Shown: positions 36,382-45,270 of the stretch, piece by piece
Layout: each line of letters opens with the position of its first letter
How positions within the stretch are numbered: position 1 is the first letter of the stretch
Source of the DNA: Pseudomonadota bacterium
Lineage (GTDB): Bacteria; Pseudomonadota; Gammaproteobacteria; Steroidobacterales; Steroidobacteraceae
Reading direction: 5' to 3'
Length of the DNA: 64,000 nucleotides
Assembly (NCBI GenBank): GCA_026398735.1
Contig: JAPLSH010000014.1
Span: 145,697 to 209,696 of the forward strand
Made by a program: the position numbers and the translations under genes
The notes under the pieces: generated by a model
What the model saw: only the letters and a program-made list of their open reading frames with translations
Told to the model about the DNA's origin: nothing
The model's database searches: none

Positions 36382-37212
36382 TCAGAGGCTGCGGTGCAGC
36401 GCGATGGCATGGCCCGGGTTGTCGCCCACTAGTAATTGAGCGTCTTGCTCTGGCGGCAGTAACTGCACGCTGCCATCGGTGTCGGGGGTCAACACACGGT
36501 CTGCACCTTGAGCGTCTATCAAGGTCACCGCATGTGCCGTATCCATGCTCAGCACGATACGGCCAGTGCTGCGGGCTTCCAGCCGGCAGATCACGCCGCG
36601 GCCGGTCAACGTGACGCTGGTGCCCAGCACTGAAGCCAGACGGGACGAGCGACGATCGCTGCGAAGTGTGAAGTCGTTTGAGTCACGTTGGCTGCTGCGC
36701 CGATCGGCAACACGCCGCTCCAGTTGGGCCGGAAATGCGCTGATGCTCGGCGCGGCACCGGTCTGCAAGCCGTGGCGCGGCGGGTGGGCCGATGGGCTGG
36801 CTAGAATGTCTTCGATGAGACGTTGCAACTCGCCAATGCGCTGTGTCACACGCGCGCTGACTTGGGCTGTGCGGTCCAGTACGGCGTGCATCCCCACCAG
36901 ATCGTCGCGACGGCGCAATTTGATGGCACTTTGCACCTGCTCGCGCAGTCCTGCGGTGTACTGCTCGTAATCGCGCTTTTGTTCCAGAAAGGCCAGAAAG
37001 TGCTGCTGTAATTGCTCGGCTTGGCTGTTGGAAACGCGCACTGACAGCGCATCGAACATAGCTGCTGCTTCGGTCGCGCGTGTCGTGGTGTCGCTGGCGC
37101 TGAGGCCGAACTGCACATGCTCTACCTGCAGCCGCAGTGCTGTTCCGCTGCCAAGCACCATAACGGTGCCCAGCAGTTGGCGCGGTGGCGGTTGTTCAGG
37201 GGGCGCTGACAT
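36382..37212 (-). CDS. hypothetical soluble protein, third gene of the NfeD-SPFH operon
   Basis: 276 aa, no TM. Central helical/coiled-coil region, low-complexity Arg/Ser linker with RRSSQR and RRSSR, beta-rich C-terminus. Starts 10 nt after the SPFH stop. Confidence 0.65.
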   Translation of the reverse strand: MSAPPEQPPPRQLLGTVMVLGSGTALRLQVEHVQFGLSASDTTTRATEAAAMFDALSVRVSNSQAEQLQQHFLAFLEQKRDYEQYTAGLREQVQSAIKLRRRDDLVGMHAVLDRTAQVSARVTQRIGELQRLIEDILASPSAHPPRHGLQTGAAPSISAFPAQLERRVADRRSSQRDSNDFTLRSDRRSSRLASVLGTSVTLTGRGVICRLEARSTGRIVLSMDTAHAVTLIDAQGADRVLTPDTDGSVQLLPPEQDAQLLVGDNPGHAIALHRSL

Positions 37213-37222
37213 TGGCTCAGTA

Positions 37223-38128
37223 TCAGCTGACCTTGATCATCTTCATGGCAGAGGTGATCAATGCAGACACTTCCGTCATGTTTGATGGCACTACCAGGGT
37301 GGTGTTCGCATTAGCGGCCACGCGTGAATAGGCTTCCACGGCCTTCTCGGCAACCTTGAGTTGCACGGCGTCGCTGCCGCCGGGCTGGCGGATAGCCGCA
37401 GCAATTCGCTCGATGGCCGCTGCAGTGGCCTCTGCCACAGCGGTGATCGCTGCGGCTTCGCCCTGCGAATTGTTGATGGCGGCCTGCTTCTCGCCCTCGG
37501 AGCGCGCAATGAACGCTTCGCGCTCACCGGTGGCGATGTTGATCTGTTCCTGGCGGCGGCCTTCTGAAGCGGCGATTAGTGCGCGCTTCTCACGTTCCGC
37601 AGTGATCTGTCGCTGCATGGCATGCAGAATTTCTTTGGGTGGGGTGAGATCTTTGATCTCGTAGCGCAGCACTTTGACGCCCCAGTTGAGCGCTGCCTCG
37701 TCGATGGCCTGCACAACCTGTGCATTGATGATGTCGCGTTCTTCAAAGGTCTTGTCCAGCTCCAGCTTGCCTATCACTGAACGCAGTGAGGTCTGTGCCA
37801 GCTGCGTGATGGCCACCACATAGTTGCTCGAGCCATAGCTGGCGCGCATTGCATCTGTGACTTGGAAGTAGAGGATGCCGTCGACCTGCAATTGCGTGTT
37901 GTCGCGTGTGATGCAAATCTGGCTGGGAATATCCAAAGGGATTTCCTTGAGGATGTGCTTTTGTGCGATGCGGTCAATGAACGGCAGCACGAAGCTCAAG
38001 CCTGGCGTGAGCGTGCCGTTGTACTTGCCCAGCCGCTCAACCACCCATGCATGCTGCTGCGGCACGACTTTGACGGTCTGGGTTACAAAGATGATGGCCA
38101 GTACGACCAGTACGATGGCGATTTCCAT
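37223..38128 (-). CDS. SPFH/band-7 (stomatin-like) membrane protein
   Basis: Start at MEIAIVLVVLAIIFV (ATG 38128). Core VVPQQHAWVVERLGKY..ITRDNTQLQVDGILYFQVTD. Ala/Glu-rich coiled-coil tail. Confidence 0.9.
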   Translation of the reverse strand: MEIAIVLVVLAIIFVTQTVKVVPQQHAWVVERLGKYNGTLTPGLSFVLPFIDRIAQKHILKEIPLDIPSQICITRDNTQLQVDGILYFQVTDAMRASYGSSNYVVAITQLAQTSLRSVIGKLELDKTFEERDIINAQVVQAIDEAALNWGVKVLRYEIKDLTPPKEILHAMQRQITAEREKRALIAASEGRRQEQINIATGEREAFIARSEGEKQAAINNSQGEAAAITAVAEATAAAIERIAAAIRQPGGSDAVQLKVAEKAVEAYSRVAANANTTLVVPSNMTEVSALITSAMKMIKVS

Positions 38129-38162
38129 GGCAAAACCTCTGTTGGTTGACGGGTGCCTGAAC

Positions 38163-38588
38163 TTAGGCGGGTTGAACGATGAGTCGATTACCTTCGACGC
38201 TGACAATCCGCTGCGACCCTGACGTGGCACTGTGGCCGGCCGCCAGTGCAACCTGCCACTGGGCACCACGGTAGTGGGTTGTGGCGGTGTTGTCCGTCGA
38301 CCAGTTCTCTACATGCACGGTTTCACCCAGATCCAGGTGCACATCGCGGTTGGAATTGGCAGGTTGGCGGTCAGGATGGCGACTGCGCCAGGTGCGCCAG
38401 GCCAAGGTGGCTCCGGCGCTTATCAATGCGCTGATAATCAATTGTGCAATAACTCCTGCGCCCAGAATCGCTGCCAGTCCGGCTGCAGCCAAGCCTGTTG
38501 AAACCATCAGTAGATAGAACGTGCCGGTCAGCAGTTCAGCGGCGATCAGCACGCCTGCTGCAACCCACCAAAGTGTGGCTGTACTCAT
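38163..38588 (-). CDS. NfeD family membrane protein
   Basis: Three N-terminal TM helices plus a C-terminal OB-like soluble domain. Lies immediately upstream of the SPFH gene, the classic pairing. Confidence 0.8.
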   Translation of the reverse strand: MSTATLWWVAAGVLIAAELLTGTFYLLMVSTGLAAAGLAAILGAGVIAQLIISALISAGATLAWRTWRSRHPDRQPANSNRDVHLDLGETVHVENWSTDNTATTHYRGAQWQVALAAGHSATSGSQRIVSVEGNRLIVQPA

Positions 38589-38664
38589 GTGAACTCCGCG
38601 GACGGATGACTGGCGCTCATGTTACGCCTAAGCGGCGTATTGGAAGGGTGCGGCCTGCAGTTGA

Positions 38665-39339
38665 TTGCGAAGCTTTTTAATGCAAAGTACTTCTGATATA
38701 GTTGAGGGTATGATGTCCGTCCGCACCGCCCGAACGACCACCCCTGCGCCGAGTCAGTCCGGTGCGGCGCAGTTACAGGATCGGGCGATAGCCGATCTGC
38801 AGTTCATTCGCCAGACCATGGCGACGGCCACAGCATTTACGGCTTTGTCCGGCGTTGCGTTCATGGTGATCGGCATGGGTGCGTTGGTAACCGGTGTCGT
38901 GGCGCAACGTCTCGGGGATCCGCTGCTGCAGGTGTTGGCTTGGACTGCTGATGCAGCGCTTTCAGTGTGCCTGAGCACTGCTTTTTCGATTCGTAAGGCT
39001 CGTTGCGCGGGGCAATCCCTAATCTCGAGTGCATTTCGCAAATTTCTTGCTGGTCTGGTGCCCGCAATTTTTGCCGGCGCGGTGCTGACTGCGTTGGTAG
39101 TGCGCAGCGAGGCCTATGAACTGCTGCCGCCGCTGTGGTTGTTGCTCTATGGCTGTGGCTTGGTTGCTGCTGGCAGTTTCTCCATTGCCGTGGTGCCGTT
39201 GATGGGTGCCAGTTTCCTAGTGCTGGGCGCGGTCAGTGCTGTGGCGCCAGCAGCGTGGGGTGGGACCCTGCTCGTGCTGGGCTTTGCCGGTTTGCACTGC
39301 GGCTTTGGCTGGGTCATCGCGAGACGCCACGGTGGCTGA
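38665..39339 (+). CDS. polytopic membrane protein of unknown function
   Basis: Five to six hydrophobic helices. Start uncertain (TTG 38665, ATG 38680, 38710 or 38713). Confidence 0.6.
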   Translation: MRSFLMQSTSDIVEGMMSVRTARTTTPAPSQSGAAQLQDRAIADLQFIRQTMATATAFTALSGVAFMVIGMGALVTGVVAQRLGDPLLQVLAWTADAALSVCLSTAFSIRKARCAGQSLISSAFRKFLAGLVPAIFAGAVLTALVVRSEAYELLPPLWLLLYGCGLVAAGSFSIAVVPLMGASFLVLGAVSAVAPAAWGGTLLVLGFAGLHCGFGWVIARRHGG

Positions 39340-39391
39340 GCGCGCACGCCGAGTCGTTGTCGGTCGCAACAGCAGCTCAGGCAAGGAGCGT

Positions 39392-39748
39392 GTGAGTTTG
39401 CACAGCGTAAAGACGCAAGCCACTACCAACACATTGTCAGGGGCCGGCGATTTGCAGCACGAGGTGCTGCACCATCGTTTGCGGTTGGGCATGGCCAGCG
39501 CACTGGCTGGGGCGGGTACTCTGACGTTTGTGGAGTTGCGGGATCTTTTGCAGACCACCGACGGCAACTTGAGTGTGCATGCCAGAAAGCTCGAAGAAGC
39601 CGGGATGGTTTCATGCACCAAGTCTTTTGCGGATCGCAAGCCGCGCACTGATTATTGCCTGACACAGGCGGGGCAGCGTGCGTTGCGTCGTTATCTTGAT
39701 CACATGGAGGCCTTGATCCAGGCCGCGCGGTTAGCCTTAGGCAGATGA
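39392..39748 (+). CDS. small winged-helix transcriptional regulator
   Basis: FVELRDLLQTTDGNLSVHARKLEEAGMVSCTKSF..YCLTQAGQRAL. GTG 39392 or TTG 39398 follows AAGGAG (39383-39388). The track start 39236 overlaps the previous gene. Confidence 0.7.
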   Translation: MSLHSVKTQATTNTLSGAGDLQHEVLHHRLRLGMASALAGAGTLTFVELRDLLQTTDGNLSVHARKLEEAGMVSCTKSFADRKPRTDYCLTQAGQRALRRYLDHMEALIQAARLALGR

Positions 39749-39775
39749 GGTTCGGTTTTTTTAAAGGTAAGCTTT

Positions 39776-41314
39776 ATGAATCAAAGCACTTCTTATAAGT
39801 CAGCCGGTCTGTCTGGGCGGCATTGCGCAGTGGGCAGTGATGCCGCCGGGATCTGGGGTTTTGCGTTGGCTTCAGGGTGTGTACCGGCGAGCCTGGTGTT
39901 TGATGCCCGGCCGGGCCTCAACATAGCGATAAGCCTGGCGGTCATCGCTGTGGCCTGTTGGTGGTTTGAGTGTCGTAAGAGCATCCGGCGGTGGCGCGAA
40001 GTTCCACATCCTGACTTGATGGCACTGACACTTGCCTCGGTCAGCGCCGTCAGCAGTAACCCCGTGGTGTTGGTGTTGTCACTGTTGGCGCTGGGGTGGA
40101 GTTGTGCGCTGTCGGTCCTGCACCGTGCCGGTTGGCGAGGTGCGGCACTTCACCCGTTCTGGCTGGCTTTGGCTCCACTGCGTGCTTTGGGGCTGGTGGC
40201 TAGCGGTACGCGGGATGCGGCTCTCGGTGCCATCAGTCAACTGCGGGCTGAGCGGCATCTGCCGGTGCTGCGCGGTGTGCTGTTTGCAGTACCGCTGGTG
40301 CTGGTGTTCTTCCTGTTGCTGGCTGAAGCCGACACTACACTTGAGACTTGGCGCTCCCAGTTGAGCGCTGCGTTGCAGGATTTATCGTTCCTACCGCGCC
40401 TGCTGTTCTGGTTGGTGATGTCCTTGTTGATGGCAGGTGTCTTGGCGATTGCCTCGCGGGATCCGGTGCCGCAGCGCGAGCCTGCTGTGGCGGCTGATAT
40501 TGCGGGGACCCGTACGGCAACGGAGCGCCTCATCGTTCTGGGTTCTGTGGTTGCGCTGTTTGCTGTGTTTCTCGTGCTCCAGGTGGGCACGCTGTTTGGC
40601 AATCCCGGTGCCATTGCCGGTAGCGGCATCACCTATGCACAGGCCGTGCATCGCGGCTTTGGTCAGCTGATCGTGGTGGTCAGTGTGTCTGCTGCGCTGC
40701 TGCTGGTACTCGATCGCAGGGCGTTGCGAGGCGCTGCAGAAGGGCGCGTGCGCGCTGTCTCTGCAGTGCTGCTGGGTCAGTGTCTGTTGCTGCTGCTGTC
40801 GGCCTGGCAGCGTTTGGCGGCTTATGAAGAGGCCTATGGCTGGACGGTGCAGCGTGTGTGCGTGCAGCTGTGCATCATCGCCATTGCCGCGGCCTTGCTG
40901 GTGCTGCTGCGTGAATTGATGTTGGGATTGGTGCTGCGTCGCGCGCTGCGACGCATCACCACAGTGATGGCGCTGATGGCGCTGGTGCTGTGCTTTTGGA
41001 ATATCCCGGCCTGGGTGGTGGATGCCAATCTGGATCGCTCCGCCCGCGGTCATGAGGTCGATTGGCGATATCTGGTGGATGAGCTGCCACTGGATGCCGT
41101 GCCGGCACTGCAGCGGCAGTTGGCTGGGCTCGATGCCACACAGGGCAATGCGCTGCGCTGCCGGCTGCTACGGCAACCGCAGCTCAAGTCGCTACTGACA
41201 ACGCCCGATCGCTGGTTTGAATGGAACTGGCGCCGCAGTCAGGCATTGGCTGCGGCACAGCGCCTGACGAGAGAAGCCGGGGAGGGCTGCGCCGCCAGTA
41301 CCGGTGGCGAATGA
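39776..41314 (+). CDS. large polytopic membrane protein (DUF4153/DUF4173-like; family uncertain)
   Basis: 512 aa with more than 10 hydrophobic segments and a soluble C-terminal tail. Confidence 0.7.
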   Translation: MNQSTSYKSAGLSGRHCAVGSDAAGIWGFALASGCVPASLVFDARPGLNIAISLAVIAVACWWFECRKSIRRWREVPHPDLMALTLASVSAVSSNPVVLVLSLLALGWSCALSVLHRAGWRGAALHPFWLALAPLRALGLVASGTRDAALGAISQLRAERHLPVLRGVLFAVPLVLVFFLLLAEADTTLETWRSQLSAALQDLSFLPRLLFWLVMSLLMAGVLAIASRDPVPQREPAVAADIAGTRTATERLIVLGSVVALFAVFLVLQVGTLFGNPGAIAGSGITYAQAVHRGFGQLIVVVSVSAALLLVLDRRALRGAAEGRVRAVSAVLLGQCLLLLLSAWQRLAAYEEAYGWTVQRVCVQLCIIAIAAALLVLLRELMLGLVLRRALRRITTVMALMALVLCFWNIPAWVVDANLDRSARGHEVDWRYLVDELPLDAVPALQRQLAGLDATQGNALRCRLLRQPQLKSLLTTPDRWFEWNWRRSQALAAAQRLTREAGEGCAASTGGE

Positions 41315-41357
41315 CCATCGTTTGATACGCCGGACCCTCGGAAAAGGCCGGTCACGA

Positions 41358-41434
<77 letters not shown>

Positions 41435-41492
41435 AATCTGGAGGCCGCGAAGTGTATGCCACACGGCCGCAGCCTTCAATCAAAGATGGCAC

Positions 41493-42005
41493 TCAATTGC
41501 GCCATCGTGCGGCGATGGCCGCTGCCTCGTCTTGTGCAGACAGCGCTTCACCAACCTGACGCGCTACGACTGCTTGGCGAATGGCTTCCGGGAAGGGCGC
41601 CCCGGATTGACGATAGCCGTCTGGAGCACGGCCATCACGCGGCCTGGGGTTACGGGCCAGCACTTCGATAACCCAGTCGCCGCGTTCACGACAGGCAAGC
41701 CCCGCTGGACCACGCTGCGTGGCAAAGCTGCGGCACCAACCGCCAGTATTGCCGCGAAAGCTCATGCCAACGAAGGTGCCCATGGAGTCGGTGCCCTGCT
41801 TGCCGGTGGGCAGCGTGTCGAGGGCGGTCTCTAGCGCGGCGACGGCCACGACGCGACCGCCGTCAGACATCAGCGGCAGGGGCTGCGAACTGCTTAAAAA
41901 CGGTGCGCCCAGCAATACCCCGAGCACCAGGGCGGCTGCCACCGCGCTGGCCTGACGCCAGGTCCAGCGCGCGCCGCCTGCTGTGGTGGGGCTCGGCGCG
42001 TTCAC
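41493..42005 (-). CDS. single-pass membrane protein with a periplasmic Cys-containing domain (resembles the C-terminal half of anti-sigma factors)
   Basis: Short cytosolic N-terminus, TM AVAAALVLGVLLGAPFL, then ..GGWCRSFATQRGPAGLACRERGDWVIEV. No zf-HC2 domain and no room for one before ispB. Confidence 0.5.
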   Translation of the reverse strand: MNAPSPTTAGGARWTWRQASAVAAALVLGVLLGAPFLSSSQPLPLMSDGGRVVAVAALETALDTLPTGKQGTDSMGTFVGMSFRGNTGGWCRSFATQRGPAGLACRERGDWVIEVLARNPRPRDGRAPDGYRQSGAPFPEAIRQAVVARQVGEALSAQDEAAAIAARWRN

Positions 42006-42015
42006 GGTAGGCCGG

Positions 42016-43014
42016 TCAGCGGTCCCGGCCGACAGCCAAATGGGCCAAGGCTGCCAGTCCGTCGCGGCAAGGCGAGGGCGGTAGGACAGCTAGCGCTGCC
42101 ACGGCGCGGTCGCTTTCGGCCAGTGCCCGTTCGCGGGTGTAGTCGATACCGCCGGTACGATCGATGCAGGCGATGATGTGCGCCAAGTCGGCCTCACCGC
42201 CGCGGGCTGCGGTGATGGCCTCACGGATGCGTGCGGCGTCGCTACCGCTGCTGTTACGCAGCGCATGGATCAACGGCAGCGTGGGCTTGCCTTCGGCCAG
42301 ATCCTCACCCAGGTTCTTACCGCGCGTGGCGGGGTCTGAGCGGTAGTCCAGTACATCGTCAATAAGTTGGTAGGCAGCGCCCAGATGCCGCCCATAGGCG
42401 GCCAAGGAGGCTTCCTGAGCCTCACTGCCCTCGCACAGCACGGCAGCTACCTGAGCGCCGGCCTCAAACAGCCGAGCGGTCTTGCGGTAAATGACCTCGA
42501 GGTAGCGCTCTTCGGTTGTCTCGGGGTCCTGCGCGTTCATCATCTGCAGCACCTCGCCCTCGGCGATGACATTGGTGGCGTCGGCCATGATCTCGATGAC
42601 GCGCTGCGAGCCGGTGGCAGCCATGATCTGGAAGGCGCGCGAATAGACAAAATCGCCGACCAGCACGCTGGCTTCATTGCCAAACAGGCTGTTGGCAGTG
42701 GCGCGGCCGCGGCGCCTGTCGGAGTGGTCGACCACATCGTCGTGCAGCAGGGTGGCGGTGTGGATGAACTCGATGAAGGCGGCAGCTTCAAGATGCAGGC
42801 CATGAGCCGGGGGCTTGCCACCAGCCACAGCATGGGCCGACAGCAGTACCACCAGCGGGCGCAGGCGCTTGCCGCCGGCGGCAATGATGTGTTCTGCGAC
42901 CTGATCGACCAGCGGAACGGCGCTTTTGAGGCGCGACCGGATCACCGTGTCGACTGCCCGCCAGTCCGCGCCAACCAGGGCGCGAATCTCGTCCACTGTC
43001 ATTGTCCCGACCAC
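42016..43014 (-). CDS. ispB: octaprenyl-diphosphate synthase (polyprenyl synthetase family)
   Basis: First and second Asp-rich motifs LLHDDVVDHSD and QLIDDVLD. Conserved position upstream of rplU. Start is GTG 43014 or ATG 43002. Confidence 0.9.
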   Translation of the reverse strand: MVGTMTVDEIRALVGADWRAVDTVIRSRLKSAVPLVDQVAEHIIAAGGKRLRPLVVLLSAHAVAGGKPPAHGLHLEAAAFIEFIHTATLLHDDVVDHSDRRRGRATANSLFGNEASVLVGDFVYSRAFQIMAATGSQRVIEIMADATNVIAEGEVLQMMNAQDPETTEERYLEVIYRKTARLFEAGAQVAAVLCEGSEAQEASLAAYGRHLGAAYQLIDDVLDYRSDPATRGKNLGEDLAEGKPTLPLIHALRNSSGSDAARIREAITAARGGEADLAHIIACIDRTGGIDYTRERALAESDRAVAALAVLPPSPCRDGLAALAHLAVGRDR

Positions 43015-43072
43015 CCCAGACTGCGTGATTGGGACAATCCTAGCAGTACCGTCACAATGCCCCTAGAGCAAA

Positions 43073-43109
43073 TTGACCTCGACGGTCTGCCTGAGTAGAA
43101 TGCGCGACC
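43073..43109 (+). promoter_or_regulatory. sigma70-type promoter of rplU-rpmA with a GC-rich discriminator
   Basis: TTGACC (43073-78), 17-nt spacer, TAGAAT (43096-101), then GCGCGACC. The 14-mer TAGAATGCGCGACC recurs upstream of tRNA-Thr. Confidence 0.5.
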
Positions 43110-43177
43110 TTTCGCAGGACGTGAAACGCCCTCTGGGCGCTTACGGTGCGAATCATCATTGAAAGGCAGGGTTCTAC

Positions 43178-43492
43178 ATGTACGCGGTCATTGCCACTGG
43201 CGGTAAGCAGTATCGGGTCGAAATCGGCAGCTCGCTGCGTGTTGAGCTGCTCGACGCCGAAGCAGGCAGCTCGGTGGTGTTTGATGAGGTGCTGTTGATT
43301 GCCGACGGCGCCAACATCAAAATCGGTGCACCGCTGCTGCAGGGCAGCAAAGTCACTGCCACGGTCGAGCGTCACGGTCAGGGCGAAAAGAAGCCCATCG
43401 TCAAATTCCGCCGCCGCAAGCACTACTTGCGCATGAAGAACCACCGCCAGAAGTACACTCTGGTTACGATCACGGGCATCGCGGCGGGCTGA
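43178..43492 (+). CDS. rplU: 50S ribosomal protein L21
   Basis: [14 protein letters not shown]..., 104 aa. Confidence 0.97.
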   Translation: MYAVIATGGKQYRVEIGSSLRVELLDAEAGSSVVFDEVLLIADGANIKIGAPLLQGSKVTATVERHGQGEKKPIVKFRRRKHYLRMKNHRQKYTLVTITGIAAG

Positions 43493-43517
43493 TTGCCCCG
43501 CATTTCGGAGACGCAAA

Positions 43518-43775
43518 ATGGCACATAAAAAAGCAGGCGGCAGTACACGCAACGGTCGTGACTCACACAGCAAGCGACTGGGCGTGAAGCGCTTCGGTGG
43601 CGAGGCCGTGTTGGCCGGCAACATCCTCATTCGTCAGCGCGGCACGCCGGTGCGCGCCGGTGAGAACGTGGGCGTGGGCACAGACCACACCTTGTTCGCG
43701 CTGGTAGACGGTCGTGTGCACTTCGGTCGTAAAGGTCCGGAGCAGCGCCGCTATGTGAGCGTTCTGCCGAACTGA
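43518..43775 (+). CDS. rpmA: 50S ribosomal protein L27
   Basis: [16 protein letters not shown]..., 85 aa. Confidence 0.97.
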   Translation: MAHKKAGGSTRNGRDSHSKRLGVKRFGGEAVLAGNILIRQRGTPVRAGENVGVGTDHTLFALVDGRVHFGRKGPEQRRYVSVLPN

Positions 43776-43804
43776 CCGGCAGTCCGGCCCATTGGTCGAT
43801 ACCG

Positions 43805-43833
43805 AAAGCCCCGGCCTCCGTGCCGGGGTTTTC
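43805..43833 (+). terminator. intrinsic terminator/attenuator between rpmA and obg
   Basis: Stem CCCCGGC (43809-15) / GCCGGGG (43822-28), loop CTCCGT, followed by TTTTCGTC. Confidence 0.65.
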
Positions 43834-43850
43834 GTCTCTGGAGTCCATAC

Positions 43851-44885
43851 ATGAAGTTCGTCGATGAAGCCCTGGTCAAAATCCAGGCGGGCAATGGAGG
43901 CCGCGGCTGCGTGAGCTTCCGGCGCGAAAAATTCGTGCCCTTCGGCGGCCCTGATGGCGGTGATGGTGGCTATGGCGGCAGCGTCTACCTGCGCGCGGTC
44001 GAGGGTATCAACACACTGGTCGACTTTCGTATCCAGCGCACCTTTAAAGCCCGCTCTGGCGATGCCGGCTCGGGCAGCGATCGCACCGGCCGCAGCGGCG
44101 AAGACCTCTATGTAAATGTGCCTGTGGGTACCACCGTCAAGGACACTGAAACCGGCGAAGAGCTGGGCGACCTAAGCGAGCCGGGCCAGACCATTAAGGT
44201 GGCCGAGGGCGGCAAGGGCGGCTTTGGCAATCAGCGTTTCAAGTCCAGCACCAACCGCGCGCCGCGCCAGTACGGCCCGGGCCTGCCGGGCGAGAAGCGC
44301 ATGTTGGGGCTGGAGCTCAAGGTGATCGCCGACGTGGGTCTGCTGGGCCTGCCCAACGCGGGTAAGTCGACGTTGATCCGCGCGGTCTCGGCGGCGCGCC
44401 CGCGTGTGGCCGATTACCCGTTCACCACGCTATACCCGAATCTGGGTGTGGTGGATGTGGGCGAGCACCGCAGCTTTGTGATGGCCGACATCCCCGGTTT
44501 GATTGAGGGCGCGGCAGAGGGCGCGGGCCTGGGTCATCGATTCCTTAAGCATCTGCAGCGCACCGGTGTGCTGCTGCACTTGATCGATATCTGCCCGCCC
44601 GACCCGGACTCAGATCCGGTCAAGGAAGCCCGCGCGATCATTGCGGAGCTGAAAAAGTACAGCAAGGAACTGGCCGCCAAGCCGCGTTGGCTGGTGCTCA
44701 ACAAGAGTGATCTGCTGACGCCGGAAGAAGCCAAGACGGTGGCGGCGGACATTGCCCGTCGATTGCGGCACAAGGGGCCGCGATTCCTGATTTCTGGAGC
44801 TACCGGCTCGGGCACCAAGGAGTTGTGCGCGGCGGTAATGACGGCTCTGGAAGAGCGCGCCGAAGCAGAGCGGGCGCAGGCCTGA
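43851..44885 (+). CDS. obg: GTPase Obg/CgtA
   Basis: [23 protein letters not shown], Gly-rich Obg fold, G1 [10 protein letters not shown]3 DIPG, G4 NKSD. Confidence 0.95.
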   Translation: MKFVDEALVKIQAGNGGRGCVSFRREKFVPFGGPDGGDGGYGGSVYLRAVEGINTLVDFRIQRTFKARSGDAGSGSDRTGRSGEDLYVNVPVGTTVKDTETGEELGDLSEPGQTIKVAEGGKGGFGNQRFKSSTNRAPRQYGPGLPGEKRMLGLELKVIADVGLLGLPNAGKSTLIRAVSAARPRVADYPFTTLYPNLGVVDVGEHRSFVMADIPGLIEGAAEGAGLGHRFLKHLQRTGVLLHLIDICPPDPDSDPVKEARAIIAELKKYSKELAAKPRWLVLNKSDLLTPEEAKTVAADIARRLRHKGPRFLISGATGSGTKELCAAVMTALEERAEAERAQA

Positions 44886-44912
44886 CGGCGGCTGCGCCCC
44901 TCGCCGGGGGCT

Positions 44913-45176
44913 TTAGGCCTTGGCCAGAGCCTTGACCTTGGCGGCCAAGCGGCTTTTGTGACGGGCGGCCTTGTTGCGGTGCACGAGGCCCTTGTTGACC
45001 ATGGTGTCGATGGCCGGCACTGCTGCCAAGTAAGCCGCCGTTGCGTCGCCCTTGTCGGCGATTGCATCGGTTACTTTGCGCATCGCGGTACGCATGCGGG
45101 ACCGCAACGCAACATTGCGCTCGCGATGCTTTTCCGCCTGTTTCGCCGCTTTCTCTGCCGATTTGGTGTTCGCCAC
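44913..45176 (-). CDS. rpsT: 30S ribosomal protein S20
   Basis: [24 protein letters not shown] start, GGAGAT upstream. Confidence 0.95.
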   Translation of the reverse strand: MANTKSAEKAAKQAEKHRERNVALRSRMRTAMRKVTDAIADKGDATAAYLAAVPAIDTMVNKGLVHRNKAARHKSRLAAKVKALAKA

Positions 45177-45270
45177 GCCTATCTCCGCCGCTGCCGAATA
45201 TTGCTAAGCCGCCTAGTCTGCGCAGCGCGGTACCCGTTGTCAATGAAGCTCTGGTAGTCTCGAGTACTGC

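Noticed and set aside
36382-37212. Calling the third gene of the SPFH operon a PilZ-domain c-di-GMP receptor.
   Set aside because: RRxxxR is present, but the (D/N)xSxxG motif is not intact (ARSTGR) and I cannot run a profile search. It is kept only as a hypothesis in the findings.
41451-41479. Promoter hexamers for tRNA-Pro (TTGAAG-17-TACACT on the minus strand) and for rpsT (TTGACA-17-CAGACT, 45215-45243).
   Set aside because: The spacing is plausible, but the -10 elements are weak and there is no independent support, so they are not listed as features.
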